From: Nitrosopumilaceae archaeon
GTDB lineage: Archaea > Thermoproteota > Nitrososphaeria > Nitrososphaerales > Nitrosopumilaceae
Assembly (NCBI GenBank): GCA_965208905.1
Contig: OZ242365.1
Span: 288,001 to 352,000 of the forward strand
Reading direction: 5' to 3'
Length of the DNA: 64,000 nucleotides
The notes beneath the pieces were generated by a model, which was given only the letters and a program-made list of their open reading frames with translations, made no database searches and was not told where the DNA came from. Of this stretch, positions 32,716 through 43,057 are shown one piece after another. The position numbers and the translations under genes are program-made. Position 1 is the stretch's first letter; each line of letters opens with the position of its first letter.

Positions 32716-33897
32716 ATGTCTTTCAGTCTGATGTATACATCAAGTTGCATGCTCCTGATTGCAACACTATCTCTGTTTATGGGTGCAAGTGTCGTATATG
32801 CAGATGACACTGTCACCATAGGCGGAGTGTTCAATATATCCGGATGGGCCGAAGGGGAGAAGAGTAAGACTGCCGCAGAGTTTGCTGTAGATGACTTTAA
32901 TGAGTATTTAGATATGATTGGTGCAGACTGGAACCTCAAGATGCGGGTTGAGGATACTCAAGAGAACGCCAATATAGCATTCCATAAACTGTCGGATCTA
33001 CGAAGTAGCGGTATAGACTTGGTGGTGGGGATGGCATTCAGCCACTTTATCAGTCTGGCATATAATTACATAGAGACCAACGATATTCTGGTCATATCTC
33101 ATGCCGCACAGGCTGCAGATCAAGAGATTGACGATGGCATATTTCGTCTTGTACCAAATGACGGACAGCAGGTACCGGCCATAAGTGCCGCCGTACAGGA
33201 TGCAAATGTAACTGTATTGGCTACCGTATCTCGGATAGGTTCATGGGGTGATGGAATAGTGGATGGTGTGGAAGATGTCTTTGATGGCGAGGTTATAAAG
33301 ATCATACGGTACGACCCTGAGTCAGCATACTACTCATCAGAGGTCTCATTTTTAGACACAGAGTTGGCCAAATTAATTGATAGGCATGGTGTTGACAATG
33401 TTGGAGTTCTATTCGTGGGTAATGATGAGTTCATACAGATAATACAACAGATGAAACTGTACGACAATGTCTCCAAAGTCAGATGGTTTGGTACAAACAA
33501 TCAGGCAGGACAGTCATACTTTTTGACCGACCCAATTGTACAAGAGTTCGCCGATAAAACTGAGTTTGTTGCCGTGCGGTCTATACCTGCTCAAAATAAC
33601 GCGATAAGTACTGCTCTAGATGAGCGATTCATTGAAAGGTACAACACCACGGCAACCATATACAACTATGCTGCGTATGATGCTGTATGGCTGTTGGGCA
33701 TGACTATATTACAGACGCAGAGTACGGAATCTACAACATTAATCGAGGCCATGCCGGCTGTGGCGTTACACACCATAGGTGCTTCAGGTCATTTGGAGTT
33801 GAGTCATGGTGGCGACCTAGTCAATGCCGCATTCGAGATATGGGGAGTACAGGATGGTCAATGGGCCAAGCTTGGAGAGTACGCTCCCACTGATTAA
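32716..33897 (+). CDS. Type I periplasmic-binding (branched-chain amino acid ABC-like) solute-binding protein
   Basis: Signal peptide; AVDDFN, EDT, IFRLVPND, AAYDAVW, GASG motifs; start may be a few codons downstream. Confidence 0.8.
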   Translation: MSFSLMYTSSCMLLIATLSLFMGASVVYADDTVTIGGVFNISGWAEGEKSKTAAEFAVDDFNEYLDMIGADWNLKMRVEDTQENANIAFHKLSDLRSSGIDLVVGMAFSHFISLAYNYIETNDILVISHAAQAADQEIDDGIFRLVPNDGQQVPAISAAVQDANVTVLATVSRIGSWGDGIVDGVEDVFDGEVIKIIRYDPESAYYSSEVSFLDTELAKLIDRHGVDNVGVLFVGNDEFIQIIQQMKLYDNVSKVRWFGTNNQAGQSYFLTDPIVQEFADKTEFVAVRSIPAQNNAISTALDERFIERYNTTATIYNYAAYDAVWLLGMTILQTQSTESTTLIEAMPAVALHTIGASGHLELSHGGDLVNAAFEIWGVQDGQWAKLGEYAPTD

Positions 33898-33903
33898 ATT
33901 AGA

Positions 33904-34014
33904 GACTCCTCCCACAAAGTTGAGTTATACTATGTTGCCCCTCTGAGATGGTCGGACAGCCCTCTTGTATGGTGCGGGGCGATACACGACGGGGTTTGAC
34001 CATATTTAGATACG
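33904..34014 (-). mobile_element. Degenerate solo 3' end of the 41442-43057 tnpB element family
   Basis: GACTCCTCCCACAAAGTTGAGTTAT matches the TIR at 20/25; shared blocks CACGACGG and GACCATAT...GATACG follow in the same order as in 41467-41610. Confidence 0.55.
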
Positions 34015-34068
34015 CTGGTTCTAAAAATTATAATTTAAATACACGGTCTCAAAATTTATCATTGTATA

Positions 34069-34320
34069 ATGACTGTACACAACAATGTGCATATACCCTC
34101 AGAATCCTGGCCAAACTGGATATGGTATGCCATAGAGTTTGGCATTGTAATGGCCGTATCCATGCTAGTATCCCGGGAGATAACCGACTATATAGAAGGC
34201 CTTGATGGGGCGCAACAGAACTGGGTCTTTTATGCCATAGTGGGAGGCATATTCTTGTTGTGGTATGTAATAATACGTGGCATGGTATTCAAAAAGAAGA
34301 TTCTCAGAAATCGCTACTAG
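34069..34320 (+). CDS. Small membrane protein (2 TM)
   Basis: Two hydrophobic segments, basic tail, upstream TTTAAATA box. Confidence 0.65.
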   Translation: MTVHNNVHIPSESWPNWIWYAIEFGIVMAVSMLVSREITDYIEGLDGAQQNWVFYAIVGGIFLLWYVIIRGMVFKKKILRNRY

Positions 34321-34990
34321 TACTATATATGGTCTTATCTTGTATGTGTGCCTCATTGAAAGCGTTTTTGCGATTACGGCAAGACTCACATCTTCCGCAC
34401 TGCTTATCTCCGCCCGAATAACAGCTCCAGGTCAAGAATATGTCATCGCCCAAGGCATCCAGACCCATCTTCAATAGTGTACTCTTTGATATGCCCTCCT
34501 TGTATGGAGACCAAATACGTATGGGCCGTCGTATACCACTGGATATGCCATCACTCTCGCCCAAATTCATGGCATTCTCAAAGGCATCTGTAAATACGGG
34601 TCGACAGTCCGGATAAGATGTATCACCTGTATGGGCGCCATATGCCACCAACTCGGCCCCTAATGAGAATGCCCACGCTGATGATATAGATAGGAATATA
34701 GCATTTCGTACGGGTACAACAATAGAGTAGTCAAAGGTTTCAGGCATACTTAGTTTAGAGTCAGTGAGAACATTGGACTTTCCGTATAGGCTCTCCATAA
34801 ATGAGATATCCAGTATGTGATGTTGCTTCATACCAATCTTGTCGACAAAGTATTTGGCCGATTCAATCTCAGGGCCGGCCCGCTGTCCATATAAGAACGA
34901 GATACCGTATACATCAAACTGCTCAGACAGATGAGCGGCTGCACATACCGAGTCTATACCACCACTAAACACCATCACAGCCTTCTTCAT
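34304..34990 (-). CDS. queC: 7-cyano-7-deazaguanine synthase
   Basis: SGGIDS, YGQR, VPVRN, YPDCRP, TWSCY..CGRCESC. Confidence 0.95.
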   Translation of the reverse strand: MKKAVMVFSGGIDSVCAAAHLSEQFDVYGISFLYGQRAGPEIESAKYFVDKIGMKQHHILDISFMESLYGKSNVLTDSKLSMPETFDYSIVVPVRNAIFLSISSAWAFSLGAELVAYGAHTGDTSYPDCRPVFTDAFENAMNLGESDGISSGIRRPIRIWSPYKEGISKSTLLKMGLDALGDDIFLTWSCYSGGDKQCGRCESCRNRKNAFNEAHIQDKTIYSTSSDF

Positions 34991-35901
34991 TGTACTGCAC
35001 CAGCACCTTTGGCAACAGAACAGGGAAATGTTCTACAGTCGATACCCTGACGACCAAAGCCCTCTTGCATTGCTCTTTCAACCCTGTTCATATCAGCAGT
35101 GTCATCATCAACAAAAGCAATGACAGAAGGGCCGGCCCCACTGATGGTAACACCTGCCGCCCCAGCAGATACAGCCAAGCTTCGTATATCATCCAGTCCA
35201 GGAATCATATGTTTACGGACCGGTTCTACTATTACATCCTGTATAGAGTCTCCAATTAGTGATATGTTACCTGTACAGATGCCAGCAACTAGAGATGATG
35301 ATAGTGATACATTGGTGGTGACATTATGTAGCGGAATCATATTGGGTATCACTCCTCGGGATACCTGCGTCTTCTTTTCTGGTGTTGGTATATCAGGAAC
35401 TGCCACACACAGTGCCAAATTTTCTGGTGGTTGTAGATGTATGATACGTAAAGGTTCAGGACGCACAATTACAAAACCACCAGATACAGAGGCTGCCACA
35501 TTATCATAGTGGATGGAACCGGCGCTGGCCTGCTCGCCATATCCAGCGTATCTTGTCAGCTCATCCAAAGATAAGTTCAGATTGTATAAATCAGAGTAGG
35601 CAACGGCAGCTGCCGCTGCAGAAGCAGCACTACTGCCCATCCCATAACCAGCAGGCACGCCCTTGTTAATTGTGATATGTACTCCTGACTCTATCTTAAA
35701 GTCTCTGCGCATCATATCAATTACAATGCCAGCCGTGTTCTTTGTGTATTCCAGTGGTATGTCATCGTCCGAGGATATTGTAATTGAGCTGCCCTCCTGC
35801 GCAACGGATACAGTGTCAAAACATGCATCCAAAGCCATACCAAAGACATCAAAGCCAGGACCTAGATTGGCCGTTGATGATGGAGCTTGCGCAGTATTCA
35901 A
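34987..35901 (-). CDS. thrB: Homoserine kinase
   Basis: SSTANLGPGFD, GMGSSAAS, HYDNVA, ISGAGP. Confidence 0.95.
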   Translation of the reverse strand: MNTAQAPSSTANLGPGFDVFGMALDACFDTVSVAQEGSSITISSDDDIPLEYTKNTAGIVIDMMRRDFKIESGVHITINKGVPAGYGMGSSAASAAAAAVAYSDLYNLNLSLDELTRYAGYGEQASAGSIHYDNVAASVSGGFVIVRPEPLRIIHLQPPENLALCVAVPDIPTPEKKTQVSRGVIPNMIPLHNVTTNVSLSSSLVAGICTGNISLIGDSIQDVIVEPVRKHMIPGLDDIRSLAVSAGAAGVTISGAGPSVIAFVDDDTADMNRVERAMQEGFGRQGIDCRTFPCSVAKGAGAVQ

Positions 35902-36710
35902 TCCTCCACCTCTTCGCCCATCAGTAGCATTCGACTCAAAGATGACTCTAGGTCTGCTAGTCCATCTCCAGTGGCACTTGATACAGGTATCATATCTTGG
36001 GCGTAATCTTCCTGGTTTAAGGTTGATGATATTGTAGATATTAGAGAGTACGTCTCACCATCCACATTAGAGGTTGCATCCAAGGCTGACGTAATATCTG
36101 TGGCCCACTGTATTATGCTATCGGTGGATATCGCGGGTAGATCAGACTTACTCAATACTGTAATAAATGGAAGTTGAAGTCGCAGTCGTATGGATAGAGA
36201 CAGCATGCTAAGCGAGATAAAGTTAACTGGATTACCTGCCATGGCGCCATCAAACAGAAACAGGCCAGTTTTAGAGTCGGCGTTCAACTCGGAGGTAATA
36301 AACGGTCCACTACTCCTATACGCAAATAGTTCTATCTGGCCAGGTGTGTCCACTATCAAATAGTCAGGGTTTACCGCATCAATCTCAATCTGTAGTTGAG
36401 AGAGTTGTGATGCTATCATATCATTGGCCATGACTAGAGCCCCATTAGGTCCCAAATCATACTGTCTCATTATGGAGAGTATATCGATGCGATCCCGCAC
36501 ATCCATATCTGGAGTATATGGGAGCGACTCCACGCCCGGATCCAGGTTCAATATGGCAGCAAATGCACCATTAGAGGCATAGTACTCGTATAGTTTTGAT
36601 GTCAAGAGTGATTTTCCAGAACCTGCAGTTCCCAACACAAAGATGCACTTCAATGTATTAACTGTAGTAATTTGGCTTATATTTGAACTTGTTAGCATTT
36701 CTTCATGCAA
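35898..36710 (-). CDS. GPN-loop GTPase
   Basis: GTAGSGKS, NLDPG, LGPNG, DTPGQIE; true start probably about 18 codons downstream. Confidence 0.9.
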   Translation of the reverse strand: MHEEMLTSSNISQITTVNTLKCIFVLGTAGSGKSLLTSKLYEYYASNGAFAAILNLDPGVESLPYTPDMDVRDRIDILSIMRQYDLGPNGALVMANDMIASQLSQLQIEIDAVNPDYLIVDTPGQIELFAYRSSGPFITSELNADSKTGLFLFDGAMAGNPVNFISLSMLSLSIRLRLQLPFITVLSKSDLPAISTDSIIQWATDITSALDATSNVDGETYSLISTISSTLNQEDYAQDMIPVSSATGDGLADLESSLSRMLLMGEEVED

Positions 36711-37730
36711 TGGCGCATTATAGCGGTCTTGGCCACACTCATACCCATCATCATAATTGCCCTACAGTTTGACATACAACTGGAAGACCTACTGGCCATC
36801 GGCTTAGTACCGTTTATGATGGCATTCATACTGATGATGTCAAAACTGGTATTGCAGGGAGTCAAGTTTGCATATATTGCAAAATCCTATACGAAGATGG
36901 CCGGTTCAGCTACAAAACTGTGCGGCGTGCGGGTGGGAGCCGAGTTCATAAAATTCTCCACACCCATGTTTGTGGGAGCCGAGTTCATCATGATATATTA
37001 TCTGCACAAAAGAAAGGTGCCACCCTCACAGTCTGCATGGATAGCTTTTGTAGATATAGTTACTGAAGTTTTAGGTGCCGGTATACTCTCTATTATGGCT
37101 GGTATTATAGCCGTACTCATGGGAGCATACACCATAGGTGTTATAGTATTACTTACCAGTATATCCATAACAGCAATATGGACAGTCTTGTTCTTCTTGT
37201 CTGCTAGAAGGAACTTTCGTGTGCCCAAATCCCTCCGTGTTTTAATCTCTCGCGTAGGGGGCGAGCGTGGCGAACATTATACAAAAGAGATAGACAAGTG
37301 GTTGGATGGCATATGCAAGACCAGTCAGAAACATGCATCATCAAAGCGACTGACTCGTGTATTTACAAACTCATTGATAATGTCCATTGCATCATGGATA
37401 CTGTATGGGTTGTCATTCTTTGTTATAGCCATAGGTGTGGGGTATCAGATTGGTGCATTTGACTCCACAATGGCGGTGATGGCTGCTAACGCCATAGCAA
37501 ACTTACCCATAACGGTGGGAGGTTCAGGGTTAGCCGAGTTGGGCATATTTGGATATCTGAACAACGCAAACCCCTTTGACTTTCAGTTGGATGAGGGCGG
37601 GATAGAATGGGACATTATAGTAGGTTGGAGGATAGCGACCTATTACATACCCATAGTCATAACATGGTTGCTACTGGTAAAGTTGGCGCTCAGTAAAGTC
37701 ACCAGAGCAGACATAAAGGATGAAACATAA
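36705..37730 (+). CDS. Lysylphosphatidylglycerol synthase TM / UPF0104 flippase-like membrane protein
   Basis: Multi-TM; TP..VGAE, P.TVGGSGLAE, WRIATYY. Confidence 0.8.
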   Translation: MQWRIIAVLATLIPIIIIALQFDIQLEDLLAIGLVPFMMAFILMMSKLVLQGVKFAYIAKSYTKMAGSATKLCGVRVGAEFIKFSTPMFVGAEFIMIYYLHKRKVPPSQSAWIAFVDIVTEVLGAGILSIMAGIIAVLMGAYTIGVIVLLTSISITAIWTVLFFLSARRNFRVPKSLRVLISRVGGERGEHYTKEIDKWLDGICKTSQKHASSKRLTRVFTNSLIMSIASWILYGLSFFVIAIGVGYQIGAFDSTMAVMAANAIANLPITVGGSGLAELGIFGYLNNANPFDFQLDEGGIEWDIIVGWRIATYYIPIVITWLLLVKLALSKVTRADIKDET

Positions 37731-37853
37731 GCGTATCAATCTTTGGCGGACTTGATTATATAGTATGCATGCGGCGTTATACAAGTTTCCCAATGTCTCG
37801 CTATTTGAGTCAAGAGTTGTATGTACATGACTGTTTTTGTGTACCAGTATTCA

Positions 37854-38894
37854 TCTATTGTGCGGAAATTAGTTCGCCCTAACTTTAGACGGTCAACCAA
37901 AGAATATTTTAGTCTATATAGATCACACAAACCCATGAGGGTCAATCTAACACAGAAGCAGATCAATTATATCATTCGACAATGCAGGAAAGGTAGTAGT
38001 ACATCACACATTGCTACAGAGATAAAGATTAGCCAGAGACGCGTACAACAACTCTGGTCAATGTATCGTGTAACGGGCAAGATTCCTACACTACAAATGC
38101 CAGGCAAGCTCAGGACTCTTCCTACCGAGGAACAAACCAACGTTGTACTGGCAGCACATCGTGTAATGCCAGCAGGTGTCGCAAGGATCACCAAGTACCT
38201 AAATCACAAGGGCATACAAATAAGTGAAAAAATGGTATACACAGTCATGAAAGAAAACAATATGGTCATTCCATCTGCAGCAAAATCGCGCAGGCGTAAA
38301 TGGATACGCTATGAGCGCAGATACTCTAATGCGATGTGGCATACGAACTGGCATACGATGAAAGATCCACGTTTTCAAGGCTACCAATTAATCACATATC
38401 TTGATGATGCGTCAAGTGCGTGGTTGGGGCCATGATATTCAAGGATGCCACATCCGAAAACGCGGTAATGGTCCTGCAAAACAACATTGCTGAGTTTGGA
38501 ACCCCGCCACCATACTCTCCGACAACGGATCGTGCTTTGTGGGTGTGAGAAGAAAGATTCCTACAAAATCATGGACCCACACTATATTTGAGACAGAGCT
38601 GCTTGATCGGGGTATTGAGTTGATTAACACCCGCCCTATCACCCACAAACAAATGGCAAGCTTGAACGGTTCCACCGCACCTTGGAAGAAGAACTATATC
38701 ATTTTGGCAGCCTAGCGGAGTTTGTCGCATACTACAACGAGGTGCGACTGCACTGGTCTTTAGACATAAACAATGGTGAGACCCCGCTACAGGCATTCCA
38801 CAACAAAAAAGTGCCAGATGATGTCAGGAAGACTGACTCAAAATGGATGGAGATGGACACCAATGACTAGGCGAAATAATTTCGACATAATACA
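37854..38894 (+). mobile_element. IS481-family element, second copy (1041 bp), transposase pseudogene
   Basis: Same IRs as 31634-32677 in opposite orientation; three 1-bp deletions (about 38417, 38504, 38635) and first catalytic D changed to N (WHTN); no flanking direct repeat. Confidence 0.9.
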
Positions 38895-39028
38895 CCCTTT
38901 AGATTTTTTAAAAAACTTATAATTATTTTAATATCTAGCATGCGGAATGTATCTTCATTCCTTGTATGGTCAGTTCGCCCGTCAAAAGACCCGCATGCCA
39001 GATGTATATGGTGCAATTGTACCCCCCA

Positions 39029-40258
39029 TTATTTCTTGTCTAGTGTCTGCGCAGCTATCTTGGCGGCGTTGCGTGCTCCATCTCCCAAAAAGTTTTTCCC
39101 AAATTCATTTAACGACTCCTGAAGCGTTTCAGTGTTATCTCGTATCCATTTTATGGCAGATATAACACGCGCTGGACTCTTTGCTAGTATGCCTAAGCCT
39201 CTCTGTTCTGCCCATCGTAGATTGTTTGTGTGCTCATCATATACGGGAATACCAACTACGGGTCTTCTCTTCTGTCCCAGTATTTCACCCATTACTGTAT
39301 GTGAGCCATTTATGACGGCATAGGTGCATCTTTCCAGCACGCTGTTCTTCTCCTGTTCTGACAGAAAGCCTACATCAATCTGTAGCCAATCTACTTTTTT
39401 TTCATACGCTTCAGAGATTGTATATCGCTTACCATTTCGGCCTAACACACTATCTATGCTGGGATCCTGTCTGGCATGCGAGACTATTCGTCTCTCTGAA
39501 GCCATAAAATCTTTGGCAAATATCTCTTGATATCTAGATCCAGTTCCGTCATTGGTGGATTTATTGCCGGTTCTCATCCAGTACCCGAAATCCACATCAT
39601 GTATCATTAGCTCCAAATCTGTAGCTTTTGAGGTTGTAAAGATGTCTTGTGTAGTAAAATGTCCCACATATGTAGTCTTTTTAGCAACTGATTCACTAAG
39701 ATTCAAGTTAAATTCAGATAATGTGTATGGTGGTGGCGAATCGGCTACCAAAATATGGCTAGCTTTTGCAATCTGTTTTGAGATAAATTCCAATCCAGGA
39801 TAAAAATAGGCACGACTGGCCCATAATTTTGGGCGAAATTGATTTGTAATAAACAGACTGGGAATATTACGATTTTTTGCCAAAACATTGGCCCCCATAT
39901 CCCCATCACTGATTATTATATCAAATTTTTGCTCATTAAATATTCGTCTCTCCTCCCGTAAATAAGACACAATCTGACGTATGAGGGGCGGCATTCCGCT
40001 AATTGGTAATGTAATGTTTAGCAAGCAACGAAACAAGTCTGGACCCATCTTTCCGTCTATGGGTGTGGGTATTGCAATACGGTGTATATTATCAGTATTA
40101 TTAGGATATAACTTTAATAATTTTTCATATATCTCGTCTTTGCTGGAATAGTGAATGTCTGCATCGGCAACATACTCTTTTAATACCTGATTAAGACGAG
40201 TCATGCGAGTGTAATGTCCGTTTCCCCATGAGTAAATAAATTCGCCTATCTTTGCCAT
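39029..40258 (-). CDS. GT-B fold glycosyltransferase (GT28/MurG-like)
   Basis: GNGHYTR, IISDGD, GSHTVMGE, IP.YDEH..N. Confidence 0.75.
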   Translation of the reverse strand: MAKIGEFIYSWGNGHYTRMTRLNQVLKEYVADADIHYSSKDEIYEKLLKLYPNNTDNIHRIAIPTPIDGKMGPDLFRCLLNITLPISGMPPLIRQIVSYLREERRIFNEQKFDIIISDGDMGANVLAKNRNIPSLFITNQFRPKLWASRAYFYPGLEFISKQIAKASHILVADSPPPYTLSEFNLNLSESVAKKTTYVGHFTTQDIFTTSKATDLELMIHDVDFGYWMRTGNKSTNDGTGSRYQEIFAKDFMASERRIVSHARQDPSIDSVLGRNGKRYTISEAYEKKVDWLQIDVGFLSEQEKNSVLERCTYAVINGSHTVMGEILGQKRRPVVGIPVYDEHTNNLRWAEQRGLGILAKSPARVISAIKWIRDNTETLQESLNEFGKNFLGDGARNAAKIAAQTLDKK

Positions 40259-40268
40259 GTTTGTACGT

Positions 40269-41387
40269 TTATGTTTGTTTTAACTGTCCCATATTATCTA
40301 AAATGTCGTGGATGTTATTAGGTCCAAGTTTTATATTGATATTATATTGCTTTATTTTATATTGTTTCATATCTGGAGGTATTTTTAATAATTTATACTG
40401 TCTGGATTCTGCATTAAAAGGTAGGTTCAATCTCTCGGATATAGCAACCATCTGTTCATAGTCAGGCAATGCCAGTATCGGGTTTAGTTGGGCATCGTAT
40501 ATTCGATGGAGTAATTTATCTACATATAAGCCTGGAAAAATGATTCTAGATATAGGTAATGTTATGTGTGATATGTTGTGATCTTTTGCGATATTAATGG
40601 CTAGTTCGGTGGCAAGTATCACCATATTTAAAAATCCTTGACCTCCTGATGATACTTTATGTATGGTTAATTGTATTTTTTTGTGTATTAAGTATGGAAG
40701 TATTTTATTGATTATCTTTGCCAGATTTGTCAAATCACTCTCCTTTCTGTATAATGCAAGAATTTTGGTATTGTAACCCATCCGTATGGTCTCCAAACAT
40801 GCCATGGCAGACATTTCATCAAATATGCACGATACCGCCTTGCCCTGCACCCCCATTGGCAAGCCTCCAAAGCACTTGTCTTCAAATATGGATATGTAAG
40901 CATTACTCTGTGTCATGTATACATATAGTAGTTTATCATGTCGGTCTTGTGTACCAGGTCGTACATTTTGTGATGACTTTTCTTCTATTATGGATGAAGT
41001 TATTGCCATCTCGGCATCTTTTGGTAGAAATCCTCTAGAGTATCCTTCTACCTGCACATAAAATGTCTCGTTTCCCAATAATAGATTTCCACCTACTTCA
41101 GTGGCGACCTCTACAATGTCGTTGTAATCATTCTTTATCTGTCTGGCTATGAGCACTTTTTCTATGCCGTATAGCCGCTCAATGGCCGATGACGCAAAGA
41201 CCGGATCATGAGCTTCGACCAGTATAAGGTGCTCATCTCTACATATTGAGGTGTATGGTTCGTCTTCAATCTTTAGGACGTTTTTTATGCATCGTATTAA
41301 CGTGCGTATATACTTTTTAGCGTGTAGTGATGTAAATACAACCACAAACGATTTTGTTGCCATCGTGTACATGACTACACCCCCCAC
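40269..41387 (-). CDS. ThiI-like THUMP-domain protein with degenerate PP-loop
   Basis: LYGIEK, THUMP-like region, GGLP.G.QGK followed by SCIFDEMS instead of LSGGxDS. Confidence 0.7.
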   Translation of the reverse strand: MGGVVMYTMATKSFVVVFTSLHAKKYIRTLIRCIKNVLKIEDEPYTSICRDEHLILVEAHDPVFASSAIERLYGIEKVLIARQIKNDYNDIVEVATEVGGNLLLGNETFYVQVEGYSRGFLPKDAEMAITSSIIEEKSSQNVRPGTQDRHDKLLYVYMTQSNAYISIFEDKCFGGLPMGVQGKAVSCIFDEMSAMACLETIRMGYNTKILALYRKESDLTNLAKIINKILPYLIHKKIQLTIHKVSSGGQGFLNMVILATELAINIAKDHNISHITLPISRIIFPGLYVDKLLHRIYDAQLNPILALPDYEQMVAISERLNLPFNAESRQYKLLKIPPDMKQYKIKQYNINIKLGPNNIHDILDNMGQLKQT

Positions 41388-42981
41388 ATAATTTCTTTTT
41401 GGAGTCGTGTCTATGATATGAACTATGCCTATAAGTAGCGGGGTTCCTCCCGCAAAGTCGGGTGATTACACCCCCCGCCATGCGGGATAGCCTGTCAGCC
41501 CAGTTGCTCCAGCAACCCTGTATGAGTGGTGTGGGATCGAGGATTACATCCACACCACGACGGACTTCGCCCAGACTGGCCGAAACCTTACGACCATATC
41601 GGGATACGGCGCTTGTTCGCCGTATGTTCTCCACTGCGTTGACGTCGCGATCTACGCCAACCGTATGGCAGCGGGTGCAGTCTTTTTTATGATAAGCTCC
41701 AGTTAGTGGGGTTCTACATGCAGCACATAGCTTGGATGTGTTGTGTGGACGCATATGTAATGCCTCTACTCCCAAAAATTGGGACTTTTCATAAATTAAA
41801 TTCGATGCTTTTCGCATCATGGCAGAATGTAACCTGCGACGCATATTATGGCCAAACTTCCCATTCTTCTGCCAACCATACGATATATGGGTTAAATCCT
41901 CCAACATCACCAAGCACCCGGATTGTGCGGCCCACTGTGCTATACATAACGCTATCACATTCAGCACATGTTCGTGGTGGCGCATGGCTTTGGCCACCCT
42001 GCGCTTTTTAGCATTCTTCCTTGATTTTGTGTGGTTATGTGGTATGCTCAATATGCATCTGCTCATCTGCTTCTTTATCTCGGCGGCCCTCTTGTGTTTG
42101 CCCTCCCTCTTGAGTTTATTGTATCTGCGTTTGAGTTTGCTGTGTAACTTGTGACCACCATGTGTGACTTGTTGCTTTTCTCTGCGCTCCTCCTCTTTCT
42201 TGTGTACAACACACCTTCCGGTACGTGCCGCATATGCGATATTATCATGTGTACGGGTATACGTATTGTTTACATCCTCAGTCTTTGCCCCCTCAATGGC
42301 CTGTATCGTGTATGATAGATCAAACTGTACCATTGTATCTTTATCACCTACGGTGATGTTCTTTTCATTAATATCCACGCCAATTACATCCTTTGGTGTA
42401 CCGCCCACACAGCCCACATCCGTAAGTAGTTCGATAATCTCTGACTTGCCGTGTGGGTGGGATTTTTCAACCTTGGGCACTTTGTTGTAATATGTAATGG
42501 TATATGTGGTTGGCGTGATCCACAACTCTCCCAACTCATTTTGCCCTATTTTACGTACCACATCTGAAGAGACGGGAATTGCTATCATATGTGGGTGTTT
42601 TGATGAGCCAACATTTGCAATAGCCATATATCCACCCGCTATCGGATTCAGCCTCCAATCTTGGTTTTTCAACTTTACAACCGGATTACGAAATATAGGT
42701 TCAGACACCTTCGTGCCCTGCGCAGCCTTTGTATTGTACGTTTTATGGGCGGCAACCCCGTCCCGTATGGCGGTCTGCGTTATGGACGAATATACTTTGG
42801 GGTCAGGGCCGCGCATTATATGATATATTAATGCGTTAACACCATAGGTATTCTTCCCCGTGTTATCTGCTATAATGTACGCCACTTCTGCCACCTTCCT
42901 GACATGTTCAAACACATGTCGCATGCCCAAATTTTTTGTGTATGGACGTGTTACTGCCCTGCTATTTTTGACTAGAGCCAT
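41317..42981 (-). CDS. tnpB: TnpB-like RNA-guided nuclease (large, Lys/His-rich insert); ORF reads through the TIR into host DNA
   Basis: RuvC-I GVDIN, RuvC-II LEDL, TSKLCAAC...CTRC Zn finger, RuvC-III DRDVNA; ATG 42981 preceded by TTAAATA at about -29. Confidence 0.85.
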   Translation of the reverse strand: MALVKNSRAVTRPYTKNLGMRHVFEHVRKVAEVAYIIADNTGKNTYGVNALIYHIMRGPDPKVYSSITQTAIRDGVAAHKTYNTKAAQGTKVSEPIFRNPVVKLKNQDWRLNPIAGGYMAIANVGSSKHPHMIAIPVSSDVVRKIGQNELGELWITPTTYTITYYNKVPKVEKSHPHGKSEIIELLTDVGCVGGTPKDVIGVDINEKNITVGDKDTMVQFDLSYTIQAIEGAKTEDVNNTYTRTHDNIAYAARTGRCVVHKKEEERREKQQVTHGGHKLHSKLKRRYNKLKREGKHKRAAEIKKQMSRCILSIPHNHTKSRKNAKKRRVAKAMRHHEHVLNVIALCIAQWAAQSGCLVMLEDLTHISYGWQKNGKFGHNMRRRLHSAMMRKASNLIYEKSQFLGVEALHMRPHNTSKLCAACRTPLTGAYHKKDCTRCHTVGVDRDVNAVENIRRTSAVSRYGRKVSASLGEVRRGVDVILDPTPLIQGCWSNWADRLSRMAGGVITRLCGRNPATYRHSSYHRHDSKKKLCGGCSHVHDGNKIVCGCIYITTR

Positions 42982-43057
42982 CACATAGTACGGTTCAATA
43001 ACGTATTTAACACTATCCAACACACATCAACTATCACCCGACTTTGCGGGAGGAATC
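41442..43057 (-). mobile_element. Non-autonomous TIR element (1616 bp) carrying only tnpB; 25-bp TIRs, 8-bp TSD AGTAGCGG
   Basis: GGTTCCTCCCGCAAAGTCGGGTGAT at 41442-41466 and ATCACCCGACTTTGCGGGAGGAATC at 43033-43057 (1 mismatch); AGTAGCGG at 41434-41441 and 43058-43065. Confidence 0.9.
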
